A stretch of 64,000 bases of DNA from an uncultured Candidatus Binatia bacterium (GTDB lineage Bacteria > Desulfobacterota > Binatia > Bin18): the NCBI GenBank assembly GCA_965214605.1, contig OZ243961.1, forward strand, positions 960,001-1,024,000, in the 5' to 3' direction. The translations under genes were made by a program, and so were the position numbers. Below the pieces are notes generated by a model that saw only the letters and a list, made by a program, of their open reading frames with translations, did not search any database and had not been told where the DNA came from. Shown here in pieces: positions 37,899 to 46,770 of the stretch (position 1 is its first letter; every line of letters begins with the position of its first letter).

Positions 37899-38172
37899 GT
37901 GCGACGAGGCGAGATTTGGTTGGCCTCTCTTCCCAAGCCAAGCAGCCCTCTACCCGGCTCCCACCGATCCGTTGTGTTTATCCGATTCGACGTTTTCACC
38001 GCCGGTTGCATTCGGACGGTACTCGCCGCCGTGCCGACCTCATATTTGATGCCTGACCAGGCTCCCGGCAATGTCGTGCTCCCCAAAGAACAGACCGGAC
38101 TCAAGAAGGATTCGGTTCTGAATGTGTCTCACCACACTTGACACGGCATTACTCACCGAACGGAGAGGCAAG
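37899..38172 (+). pseudogene. decayed MazF/PemK toxin
   Basis: [40 protein letters not shown], frameshift then [10 protein letters not shown]; C-terminus missing. Confidence 0.8.
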
Positions 38173-38184
38173 AGGAGAAACCGT

Positions 38185-39360
38185 ATGCCGAAAAAGTCCA
38201 TCCGTGACCTTGATCTTGATGGCAAACGCGTCCTAGTTCGGGTCGATTTTAATGTCCCCTTAGAGCAGGACACTGTCAGCGACGACAGCCGTATCCGGGC
38301 GGCCATGCCGACCCTGGAGTATCTCATCGAACGACGCGCTAAGTTGATCCTGTGTTCCCATTTGGGCCGACCAAAAGGTCGGCCCACCCCCGCCTATAGC
38401 CTGAAACCCACGGCTGAGCGGCTGAGCCAATTGCTCAAGCAGCCGGTCCGGATGGCACCCGACTGCGTCGGTCCGGCGGTGAAAGCTCAGGCTGCGGCCG
38501 TGCAGCCAGGCCAACTGCTCCTGCTCGAAAACCTACGTTTCCATCCAGAGGAAGAGGCCAACGAGGTCACCTTTTGCCAAGAACTCGCCACCCTAGCAGA
38601 CGTGTACGTCAATGACGCCTTTGGCTCGGCCCACCGGACCCACGCGTCAACCGTTGGGGTGACGGCCTTATTGCCGGCGGTCGCCGGATTGCTCATGGAA
38701 CGTGAGCTGAATTTCCTCGGCAAAGCGCTCACCGATCCCAACCGCCCCTTTGTCGCAATTCTCGGTGGTGCAAAGGTGTCGGACAAGATCCGAGTGATCA
38801 AGCGGCTGCTCGACATGGTTGACTGTCTCATCATCGGCGGTGGGATGGCGAACACCTTCCTCAAAGCCCAGGGCAAAGCAGTTGGTCAATCACTGCTTGA
38901 AGCCGATAGGGTCGAGCTTGCCCGGAATCTGCTGCGGCAAGGTGGCAACAAACTGATACTGCCCGAGGACGTTTGTATTGCCGATCGGTTTGACGCTGAG
39001 GCGCAAAAACAGACCGTCAGTGTTGACGCTGTTCCTGATGAGTGGCGGATTCTGGATATTGGTCCCCGCACTCTCATGCGCTTCACGGCGAGCCTGCAAA
39101 ACGCCCGGACTGTGATCTGGAACGGGCCCATGGGCGTATTTGAAATGCCGCCTTTTGCGGTTGGCACGTTTGCCATTGCCCGAGCCCTAGCCAAACTGTC
39201 GCAGGCGACCACGATTATTGGCGGCGGCGATTCCGCGGCCGCAGTCGAGCAGGCCGGTCTTGCCGACCAGATGACGCATATCTCAACCGGCGGCGGAGCA
39301 TCGCTGGAATTCTTGGAGGGCAAACAGCTGCCTGGGGTAGCCGCTCTACAAGATATCTAA
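38185..39360 (+). CDS. pgk: phosphoglycerate kinase
   Basis: [51 protein letters not shown]. Confidence 0.97.
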   Translation: MPKKSIRDLDLDGKRVLVRVDFNVPLEQDTVSDDSRIRAAMPTLEYLIERRAKLILCSHLGRPKGRPTPAYSLKPTAERLSQLLKQPVRMAPDCVGPAVKAQAAAVQPGQLLLLENLRFHPEEEANEVTFCQELATLADVYVNDAFGSAHRTHASTVGVTALLPAVAGLLMERELNFLGKALTDPNRPFVAILGGAKVSDKIRVIKRLLDMVDCLIIGGGMANTFLKAQGKAVGQSLLEADRVELARNLLRQGGNKLILPEDVCIADRFDAEAQKQTVSVDAVPDEWRILDIGPRTLMRFTASLQNARTVIWNGPMGVFEMPPFAVGTFAIARALAKLSQATTIIGGGDSAAAVEQAGLADQMTHISTGGGASLEFLEGKQLPGVAALQDI

Positions 39361-39384
39361 TACAAGGGTCAGATGCAGGGCGGC

Positions 39385-41115
39385 TCAACCTTGCAGCGGA
39401 GAGGACTTCCCTTGGGAGGAGGGCATCAGACGCAAAGTGCGTAAGCGGTTGAGGGCGGCGGCAATCTCAAAACGTCGCGCTCGAGCTCGGTCGCCGAAGC
39501 CGGGTTGGGTCAGGGCTTCCAAGCCCTCGTGGTCAATACGCGTATCAATCAGGTCAAGGATTTCGGCTAGGCTGCGCCGCCCGTCACACAACCCTCGGGC
39601 GCATTCCAACAAAACATCTGCAATCATCCTACACTGGGCCGGATCAACAAGCTGAAACAGCAGCGAAACCTCAACCTCCTGACTGCCGAACTCAATCGTT
39701 CGGGTCTTTATGCTGCGCACCCGCTCTGTGGTCCTCCCCCGACTGGCGTCCAGACTACGCGGGTCGGGTAGGCGGGCGGCGGCGGGCGGCCACTCTCCGG
39801 GCGGCCGAGGCCCGGCTTGGGGCAGCGCCAGGGCAATCTCCTTGGCCCGGGCCGTGACGTCACGGGGCCGGTACTCGTCCATATGAATCACCCAATCCGC
39901 CACGTCGAGATAGTCACCCGCTCCGCCTACGACCAGAATTGAAGACACCCCACGTTCGGTCCACAGTTGCCGAACGCGGTCGAGATAAGGCGTAATCGGC
40001 TCTTTGTTGCCCGGCACCAAGCGCCGCATCCGAGCGTCTCGAATCATAAAATTGGTTGCGGCCGTATCTTCATCGATCAATAGCGCACTCGCTCCAGCCT
40101 CAAGGGCTTCGACAATGGCCGCCGCCTGCGAGGTACTGCCCGAGGCATCATCGGTGTCAAAGCGGTCTGTTCGGCGACCGAGTGGCAGCACGGTGATAAA
40201 CGGCCGCAGATCGACCCCCCGGACAGAGCGGCCGTCCTCAGCCCGAATATGGACCGCCCCCGCGGTCGTCACACACCGCTCTCGGCCGTCACCCGGAATG
40301 TGGTCATATACCCCATGGGCTAAGGCCGCCAGCAGAGTAGATTTGCCGTGATACCCGCCGCCGGCAATCAGCGTCACCCCGGCCCGAATACCTAGTCCGC
40401 GCAGGAGGCCAGCGTGGGGGGCTTGGAGCTCACAGGCCAAGCCGGGCGGAACCTCAAGCGGCAGTGCTCTGTCGAGCGGTCGATCGTCCGCTCCGCTGTG
40501 CCGTGGCAGGATGCTGCCCTCGGCGACAAAGGCGACCAAGCCGGGCGCCCTGAGCTGTTGCCGTAAGGCCAGCTGATCTTCAACCGTCCGTACGTGGTGA
40601 GCGAGCTCGAGGTGATCCAGACGTGCCAGGACACGATCAAGCGTCTGCGGCAGCCGGCCGGTCAGCAGGGTCGCAGCCTCACGTCCGAGAATCCGGCGCC
40701 CGGCCGCTGGCAGCCCAACATTGAGGCGTAGCCGTAGGCCACCGTCTTGGCCTAGTTTCACCGCCGTTCGCTCCAGGACGTGTTGGCCAACGGGCAGAAT
40801 TTCAAGCAAACCGCTTTTTCCACTCCCCGTTTTGCGGCGCGCGCCTGCGAGTCCCCGCATGATGGCCCGATGCACAAAATCGGCCGCCGCCCGTCGAGTC
40901 TCGACGTCGCGGTAGGCCCATTCGGGGAGAGCAGGGGCCGGGATATCGATACGAATACGGCTCGGCGCAGCAAATGGGTCGCCCTGCACGTGCTCGAACC
41001 TCAGCTGCTGCGATCCCAGCCTATACGTCCGTCCCCGCAAATCCCTGTAAAAGCCATACGGTCGCCCGTCCAGGCGGCTCAATGCAGATGCGAAATCAGC
41101 CCCCAAATTCGCCAT
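39385..41115 (-). CDS. predicted ABC-class ATPase (COG3044-like, P-loop)
   Basis: HVQGDPFAAPSR, GGGYHGKST, HIPGDGRE, ASGSTSQAA, LIDEDTAATNFMIRD. Confidence 0.88.
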   Translation of the reverse strand: MANLGADFASALSRLDGRPYGFYRDLRGRTYRLGSQQLRFEHVQGDPFAAPSRIRIDIPAPALPEWAYRDVETRRAAADFVHRAIMRGLAGARRKTGSGKSGLLEILPVGQHVLERTAVKLGQDGGLRLRLNVGLPAAGRRILGREAATLLTGRLPQTLDRVLARLDHLELAHHVRTVEDQLALRQQLRAPGLVAFVAEGSILPRHSGADDRPLDRALPLEVPPGLACELQAPHAGLLRGLGIRAGVTLIAGGGYHGKSTLLAALAHGVYDHIPGDGRERCVTTAGAVHIRAEDGRSVRGVDLRPFITVLPLGRRTDRFDTDDASGSTSQAAAIVEALEAGASALLIDEDTAATNFMIRDARMRRLVPGNKEPITPYLDRVRQLWTERGVSSILVVGGAGDYLDVADWVIHMDEYRPRDVTARAKEIALALPQAGPRPPGEWPPAAARLPDPRSLDASRGRTTERVRSIKTRTIEFGSQEVEVSLLFQLVDPAQCRMIADVLLECARGLCDGRRSLAEILDLIDTRIDHEGLEALTQPGFGDRARARRFEIAAALNRLRTLRLMPSSQGKSSPLQG

Positions 41116-41143
41116 GTCCAGCTTCCGCCTCACCCTTGTTGTC

Positions 41144-41830
41144 TCATTCTTTGCGGACACCCATCGAGTGGGCAACGTGCAGGCCAACGAGTCGGGCGAC
41201 CAGGCCAGCAATATACAGCTGACCAACTACTGCCTCCAGAGCGGCTAAATTGCTAGCTGGACGCGAGATGGGGATGATATCACCGTATCCCAGCGTTGTC
41301 AGAGTCACCAGACTAAAATACAGAAACTGCGACAGACGCTGCGCGTCAAGCTGAGCCGTGCTCTCTTGGCCAGCAACAATTTCCGGAAGGCGAAAAGAAC
41401 CAGGCAGGAAAAATTCCAACAAGGAAAAGAGCCAGGTCCAGGTCACCCCGAGCATCAAGTACACGCAGAGTGCGCCGTTGAGGGTATCAGCAGTGACCCT
41501 TTGATCACGCAACACCCGATCGAGAACCGTCGCAGTAGTAAAAGCCAGGAAGAGAAACCCGCACACATGGCCGACACCAAACAGCGCTGGGTTCTGCACC
41601 GCATAGGAGGCCCATCTGCCCATCACCGCCGGCAGGACAAGCACGGCGCCGAGCAGCAGTAAACGCTTTCGGTGGTGCAGCGCATAGACGGCGGCTAGGA
41701 GCATGGCCGACACCAGCACGTCAAGCAGAATCAGGGAGACACGTCCGATAAAGAAGAACGGGGCAAATGGGCTCAGCACATACAGGGCGAGGAGGGTAAT
41801 CAACAGGGTCGTATATTGGCCAAGCAGCAT
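41144..41830 (-). CDS. potassium channel family (Ion_trans_2) membrane protein
   Basis: YFSLVTLTTLGYGDI selectivity filter, EAVVGQLY..LVARLV. Confidence 0.88.
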   Translation of the reverse strand: MLLGQYTTLLITLLALYVLSPFAPFFFIGRVSLILLDVLVSAMLLAAVYALHHRKRLLLLGAVLVLPAVMGRWASYAVQNPALFGVGHVCGFLFLAFTTATVLDRVLRDQRVTADTLNGALCVYLMLGVTWTWLFSLLEFFLPGSFRLPEIVAGQESTAQLDAQRLSQFLYFSLVTLTTLGYGDIIPISRPASNLAALEAVVGQLYIAGLVARLVGLHVAHSMGVRKE

Positions 41831-41864
41831 AACCACACCACACAGAAAGTATACAGACCTGCGC

Positions 41865-41892
41865 TTGCACTTTGCAACAAAATTCTTACAAT
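41865..41892 (+). promoter_or_regulatory. putative sigma70 promoter TTGCAC-N16-TACAAT
   Basis: Near-consensus hexamers; overlapping dyad TTGCA-CTT-TGCAA (41865-41877). Confidence 0.45.
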
Positions 41893-41920
41893 AGAGTCTT
41901 TCCCTAAGAGGGGAGTTGCG

Positions 41921-42091
41921 ATGCCCGAATCCGACCAACCGCACTCTAGACAGGAAGAACCGGACGACCCGGCCGAGACGCCCCCGTTGACGTCACGCAC
42001 CGTCTTCAGGCTCCAATGGATGACTGTTAGCCGGGCCTTGCTCGGGTCGAGCGTGTTCGTTCCCAAACCGATCGTTCTCACCCGCCTCTGA
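41921..42091 (+). CDS. small hypothetical protein (56 aa)
   Basis: GAGGGGAG RBS, downstream of putative promoter. Confidence 0.45.
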   Translation: MPESDQPHSRQEEPDDPAETPPLTSRTVFRLQWMTVSRALLGSSVFVPKPIVLTRL

Positions 42092-42155
42092 GATAAGGCC
42101 GACTCGGACTTCCTTCCCCGAGGCCGTATCAGCGGCAAGAGCGTGGAGGGAGTTT

Positions 42156-42395
42156 ATGGCCAAACCCGATTCAAGCTTCAAATATCGTGTTGGGCAGCGC
42201 GTGATCCACGTGCCGCCAGGTGACCAGCCGCAGCGTTTCGAGGTCGTCTCACAGGTACTGCAGGCTACCCCAAGCGGCCCGCAACGTCTCTATTACCTAC
42301 GACGCGCCGAACAATCAGCTCAAGGGTCATCCACTGCAAACCAAACCCTCTGTCTGTTCGAAGACAATGTCGCACCGCTTGATGACGGCCGCTAA
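42156..42395 (+). CDS. small hypothetical protein (79 aa), possibly SH3-like barrel
   Basis: GGAGGGAG RBS; FKYRVGQRVIH beta-rich start. Confidence 0.6.
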   Translation: MAKPDSSFKYRVGQRVIHVPPGDQPQRFEVVSQVLQATPSGPQRLYYLRRAEQSAQGSSTANQTLCLFEDNVAPLDDGR

Positions 42396-42420
42396 GTCGG
42401 CCCTGGGCAAGACCTCTTGT

Positions 42421-43080
42421 CTATAGGTCAGCCCGAGGCTTCATCCGCAGGCTCCAGCACAGCGTCGACACCACAGCCAGCAGACTTAGTGCCATCCACA
42501 CCCCTCCCCACACCACAGTTGCACCGCCAAACTCTTCGGCCAGCAAGCGTGCATCTGAACGCAGCCCGGCGCGCACGATGGTATCGCTATAGATATCCAA
42601 CGGCGCGTACAGCATGCTGGTAAGCCCGATCACGCGGAGCAAAAAATCGTTGATCTCTCGGTTGAGCAACCACCCCATTCCCATCATACCGAGCCCGACA
42701 AGGCCACAGAAGACCAACCCAAACAGGCTACGGATATACATCCCAGCGATACCGGCCACAGCGAGGCCGAGCAAAATCATGATCGTCTTCTGCCACCGGG
42801 TCCTTGCTGTCAGCAGGTAGATGGCCAATCCCCACGCCAAGGAGCCGAGGTAGCCTGCATTCAGACTGAGAAAACGGTTGCCGCCAAGAGCAATGACCTG
42901 CCCGCCCTGTTGGGGGTCAATTTCCATGGCCTGGACCGTCCCACCGGTCAACACGGTGACAAGGGCATGGGACGCCTCGTGAAAAAAGACCACCAGCAGC
43001 TTGAGCGGATACAGGACGGCATGATTCCACAGCACAAAGATCAGCCCCAATAAGCCGGCCAGATAGACCGCCTGTTTCAT
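42421..43080 (-). CDS. M50B family membrane metallopeptidase
   Basis: FFHEASHAL zinc motif, AGYLGS, SDA; hydrophobic. Confidence 0.88.
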   Translation of the reverse strand: MKQAVYLAGLLGLIFVLWNHAVLYPLKLLVVFFHEASHALVTVLTGGTVQAMEIDPQQGGQVIALGGNRFLSLNAGYLGSLAWGLAIYLLTARTRWQKTIMILLGLAVAGIAGMYIRSLFGLVFCGLVGLGMMGMGWLLNREINDFLLRVIGLTSMLYAPLDIYSDTIVRAGLRSDARLLAEEFGGATVVWGGVWMALSLLAVVSTLCWSLRMKPRADL

Positions 43081-43087
43081 ATCCGGC

Positions 43088-43480
43088 TTAGGCCGCGAGT
43101 CGGGCAATCACTTTGATCTCGACCAAGGCTCCTGGAAAACCCAACTCCGTAATGCCGATCGCCGTCCAGGCTGGGTAGGGCTCTTTCATATAGCGATCTT
43201 TGACCTTCATGAACGTCCCGAGGTGCTTCTGTAAGCCGACATGAAATGTCGTCATTTCGACCACACTGTCAAACGAGGCACCGGCCGTTTCCAGCACGGT
43301 TTTGACGTTCTCAAACGCCTGGGCGAACTGCGTTTCAGGATCATCCGCAATGGCGTTATCGGCGGCGTTACCGAGCTGGCCAGAGCAGAATAAGCGATCG
43401 CCGTCTTTAATCGCTGGGGCAAAATGGAAGTCCGTATAGAAGCGTTCCATACCTGCGGGAGTCACAACATCTTTGCTCAT
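43088..43480 (-). CDS. RidA/YjgF family protein
   Basis: LFCSGQLG, QAFEN, PYPAWTAIG, LVEIKV. Confidence 0.9.
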   Translation of the reverse strand: MSKDVVTPAGMERFYTDFHFAPAIKDGDRLFCSGQLGNAADNAIADDPETQFAQAFENVKTVLETAGASFDSVVEMTTFHVGLQKHLGTFMKVKDRYMKEPYPAWTAIGITELGFPGALVEIKVIARLAA

Positions 43481-45915
43481 AGGAGCTCCTTTCTCTTGGC
43501 GGCAGTGGGCCGCCAGTTTCTATTGTCACCTTGGTCGCCGCTGAACTCGGACCGACTACTGCTGCTCAGGGTTGAACGCAGCTGGCAGGAGCGGGGCACG
43601 CCGGCGGTCAGTTGCACGTCCTGACCCTGATGAGAAATCGTCAGCTCACTCCCCTGACGCAGGAGATAGGTCACGGTCTTGGGCTGAATATCGACGACTA
43701 GGCTCATGTCCCGTATCATCAGCGGAAATTTCAGCCGCTCCCAGGGAACGGGCAGCTTCGGGTCAAACGACAGGTGGCCGCCATAGTCGCGCATGCCGCC
43801 AAAGCCGTACACCAGAGCCATCCAGGTGCCGCCCATCGAAGCCAGGTGCATGCCGTCCTGGACATTGCCCCTGACGTTGGCCAAGTCCATGAACGCCGCA
43901 TAACGGAAGTATTCGTAGGCTTTCTCGGCATAGCCGACTTCTGAGGCAGCAATGCTCTGGATGGAGGCCGACAGCGAGGAGTCGCCGGTCGTCAAGGGGT
44001 CGTAATAGTCAAAGTTCCGCTTTTTCTGTTCCAGGCTAAATTTGTCGCCAAGCAGAAACATGGCCAGCACCACATCGGCCTGCTTAATGATCTGGCGACG
44101 GTAGACCATCAACGGATGGTAGTGCAGCAAGAGAGGGTATTGCTCGGTCGGGGTGTTGGAGAAGTCCCACGGCTCCTGTTCAAGAAAGTGATCGTCCTGA
44201 GGGTGGATGCCAAGCTCCTTATCGTAGGGCACGTACATTCGGTCGGCTACCGCCCTCCACTCTTCGATCTCTTCAAAAGCCAGGCCGGTCTTGTTGACCA
44301 GGGCCGCATACAAGCCGGGTTTCTCTGCCCGTAGGGCGGCTACTGTCTGGGCCGCGTACTGGAGGTTTTCACGGGCCATGAGATTGGTAAAGGCGTTATT
44401 ATTCACCACCGCGGTATATTCGTCCGGCCCGGTTACGCTGTGGATGCAGAAGTGCCCACCCGCCCGTTCAGAGTAAAAACCTAGCTCACACCACATCCGG
44501 GAGGTCTCGACCAACATCTCTGCGCCGGCGTTCTGCAAGAACTCGGCGTCGCCAGTGGCGTCAATATACTTGCGCAGGGTGTAGATAATATCGGCGTCAA
44601 TATGGTACTGAGCCGTGCCTGCCGCATAATAGGCTGAGGCTTCCTCACCGTTAATCGTCCGCCACGGAAAGAGGGCTCCACGCAGATTAAGTTCCCAGGC
44701 TCGCTGCCGGGCCTGGGGCAGCTTATCGTGACGAAACTTGAGCAGGTTACGGGCAATACGGGGCGTGGTGTAGATCAGAAACGGGACAACGTAGATTTCT
44801 CCGTCCCAGAAATAGTGGCCTTCATATCCCTGGCCGGTCAGCCCCTTGGCCGGCACGCCGGTCCCCTCGGCTCTGGCGGTTGCCTGACACAGCTGAAACA
44901 GATTGAACCGCACGGCCTGCTGGATCGTCGGCTGGCCCCCGACCTCCACATCGCTGCGCTGCCAGAAGTCGTACAGGTGCAGCTGCTGGCTCTCCAACAG
45001 CTCGGAGAAACCGTGCTCGACGGCTCGGTCAAGGGTACGCTCGGCCCGCGTACACAGCTCATCGTCCGGAGCCGAGCCCGAGGTATGATAGGTCATATAC
45101 TTGGTCAGAGTGATTGGCTCGCCCGGCAGGGCTTCAATGCTGAAGACAATTTTGCCGGAATCTGGCCCGACCTCGCTGATGGGGGAGCAGGCGCAGGCGG
45201 TCTTGAGGCGGTGATCAATACCGCATGCAATCCTCATCCGGCTGCGACGGGTGGCATGACTCAAGATCGCCCGCATATTTTTCCCGGCCGGGGCGTAATG
45301 GCGTCCGGGGAGGAGCGGACGCTCTGGAAAATCACGCGCTTTGCGCGGATCATTGCTGGTTGTATCCGGAACAGGGTGCTGATAGACTACCTCGGAGGAA
45401 ATGACAACCGGGGCCGGGGCGTTCAGGACCGTCACTCTGTAGCGGACCGCCGCCAGATGGCGGTGGCCGAAGGACACCAGACGACGTGATTTAATCAGCA
45501 CGCGCTTGCCGGTCGGCGTCTCCCACAGCACCTCACGGTCAAGCGTGCCGGCCCGCATGTCGAGCGTGCGGTTGTAATTCAACAGGCTGGCGTAGCGCAG
45601 AGAGAGCGGTTCGTCATCAACGTACAGCTTGATGATCTTGCTGTTCGGAACGTTGATAATCGTCTGACCGGTCCGGGCAAAACCGTAGGCTTCTTCGCCG
45701 TAGACAATCGGCCACGACTCGTAAAAGGCGTTGACAAACGTGCCGTCTTGGACGTCTTCCTCAAAGCAACCACGCATGCCTAGATAGCCGTTACTTAGAG
45801 CAAACAGCGTTTCGGTTCTGTCTAGGAACTGCGGATAGTAGCGGTTCTCAATAATTTTCCATTCGTCCACCGGATAGACGCTGTGAGGCAGACTTGGGGT
45901 CTGATAACTAGCCAT
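43477..45915 (-). CDS. glycoside hydrolase family 65 disaccharide phosphorylase
   Basis: ETLFALSNGYLG, AKGLTGQGYEGHYFWD, GPDEY, KQAD, DSSLS. Confidence 0.95.
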   Translation of the reverse strand: MASYQTPSLPHSVYPVDEWKIIENRYYPQFLDRTETLFALSNGYLGMRGCFEEDVQDGTFVNAFYESWPIVYGEEAYGFARTGQTIINVPNSKIIKLYVDDEPLSLRYASLLNYNRTLDMRAGTLDREVLWETPTGKRVLIKSRRLVSFGHRHLAAVRYRVTVLNAPAPVVISSEVVYQHPVPDTTSNDPRKARDFPERPLLPGRHYAPAGKNMRAILSHATRRSRMRIACGIDHRLKTACACSPISEVGPDSGKIVFSIEALPGEPITLTKYMTYHTSGSAPDDELCTRAERTLDRAVEHGFSELLESQQLHLYDFWQRSDVEVGGQPTIQQAVRFNLFQLCQATARAEGTGVPAKGLTGQGYEGHYFWDGEIYVVPFLIYTTPRIARNLLKFRHDKLPQARQRAWELNLRGALFPWRTINGEEASAYYAAGTAQYHIDADIIYTLRKYIDATGDAEFLQNAGAEMLVETSRMWCELGFYSERAGGHFCIHSVTGPDEYTAVVNNNAFTNLMARENLQYAAQTVAALRAEKPGLYAALVNKTGLAFEEIEEWRAVADRMYVPYDKELGIHPQDDHFLEQEPWDFSNTPTEQYPLLLHYHPLMVYRRQIIKQADVVLAMFLLGDKFSLEQKKRNFDYYDPLTTGDSSLSASIQSIAASEVGYAEKAYEYFRYAAFMDLANVRGNVQDGMHLASMGGTWMALVYGFGGMRDYGGHLSFDPKLPVPWERLKFPLMIRDMSLVVDIQPKTVTYLLRQGSELTISHQGQDVQLTAGVPRSCQLRSTLSSSSRSEFSGDQGDNRNWRPTAAKRKELL

Positions 45916-46660
45916 GGGCGATCAGGTCCTTCAGGTCGCTGACAACAATATCGGCTCCACGCTCTCGTAGGGCATCAGCGTGGCCGGTCTGACGGCCACG
46001 CATTACGCCAACAACCAGACCAAAGCCACCAGCGCGGCCAGCCTCAACGCCGACAAGCGCGTCTTCAATCACTACCGCCCGGGGCGGCTGAACGGCGAGT
46101 TGGCACGCTGCAGCCAGAAAAGTGTCGGGCGCGGGTTTGCCCTTCAGCTTCAGTTCGGCGGCGAGCTGGCCGTCGAACCGCACCTCAAATAGGTCGGCGA
46201 TGCCGGCCGCCTCTAGGATCATCGGGCAGTTGCGACTTGACGACACCACCGAGGTCTTCAGACCGCGGGCACGCACGGCCCGCAGCAAGCTCAACGCGTC
46301 CGGATAGGTCTCGACCCCCTCCGAGGCAATGACCATCTGGATCAGGGCATTTTTACGGTTACCAAGTCCGCACACTGTCTGGCGGTCGGGGGGGTCGTCT
46401 GGCGCGCCATAGGGCAGAGACAGACCGCGAGCGGTAAGGAAACTCTGGGCACCCTCATAGCGTGCCTTACCGTCAACATAGCGGAGGTAGTCGGCGATCG
46501 GATCAAAAGGCACAAAGGCGGCTGCCTGATGGCGGAGAAATTCGTCAAAAGTTCGCTTCCAACACGCGGTGTGAACTTTTGCGGTCGCCGTGACGACCCC
46601 ATCAAGGTCAAACAGGACAGCGTCAAACCATTCCGGCGTAATCGAACGGGACGGGTTCAT
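45908..46660 (-). CDS. beta-phosphoglucomutase family HAD hydrolase
   Basis: FDLDGV, SSSRN, KPAPD, EDA..GVEAG; overlaps GH65 start. Confidence 0.9.
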   Translation of the reverse strand: MNPSRSITPEWFDAVLFDLDGVVTATAKVHTACWKRTFDEFLRHQAAAFVPFDPIADYLRYVDGKARYEGAQSFLTARGLSLPYGAPDDPPDRQTVCGLGNRKNALIQMVIASEGVETYPDALSLLRAVRARGLKTSVVSSSRNCPMILEAAGIADLFEVRFDGQLAAELKLKGKPAPDTFLAAACQLAVQPPRAVVIEDALVGVEAGRAGGFGLVVGVMRGRQTGHADALRERGADIVVSDLKDLIAHG

Positions 46661-46770
46661 GCGATCCCCTCAGCCGTCTACTGCTCCCCCTCTGAAGCCA
46701 GCGTCCAGGGCGTCACGATCAAGTTCGCACGGCCACACGGAAACTGTCGGGGGTCAAGGGCCTCACGGCC

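Noticed and set aside
38122-38184. N-terminal extension of Pgk in the ORF track
   Set aside because: It is the mazF relic frame; the real start is ATG 38185 with an AGAGGAG RBS
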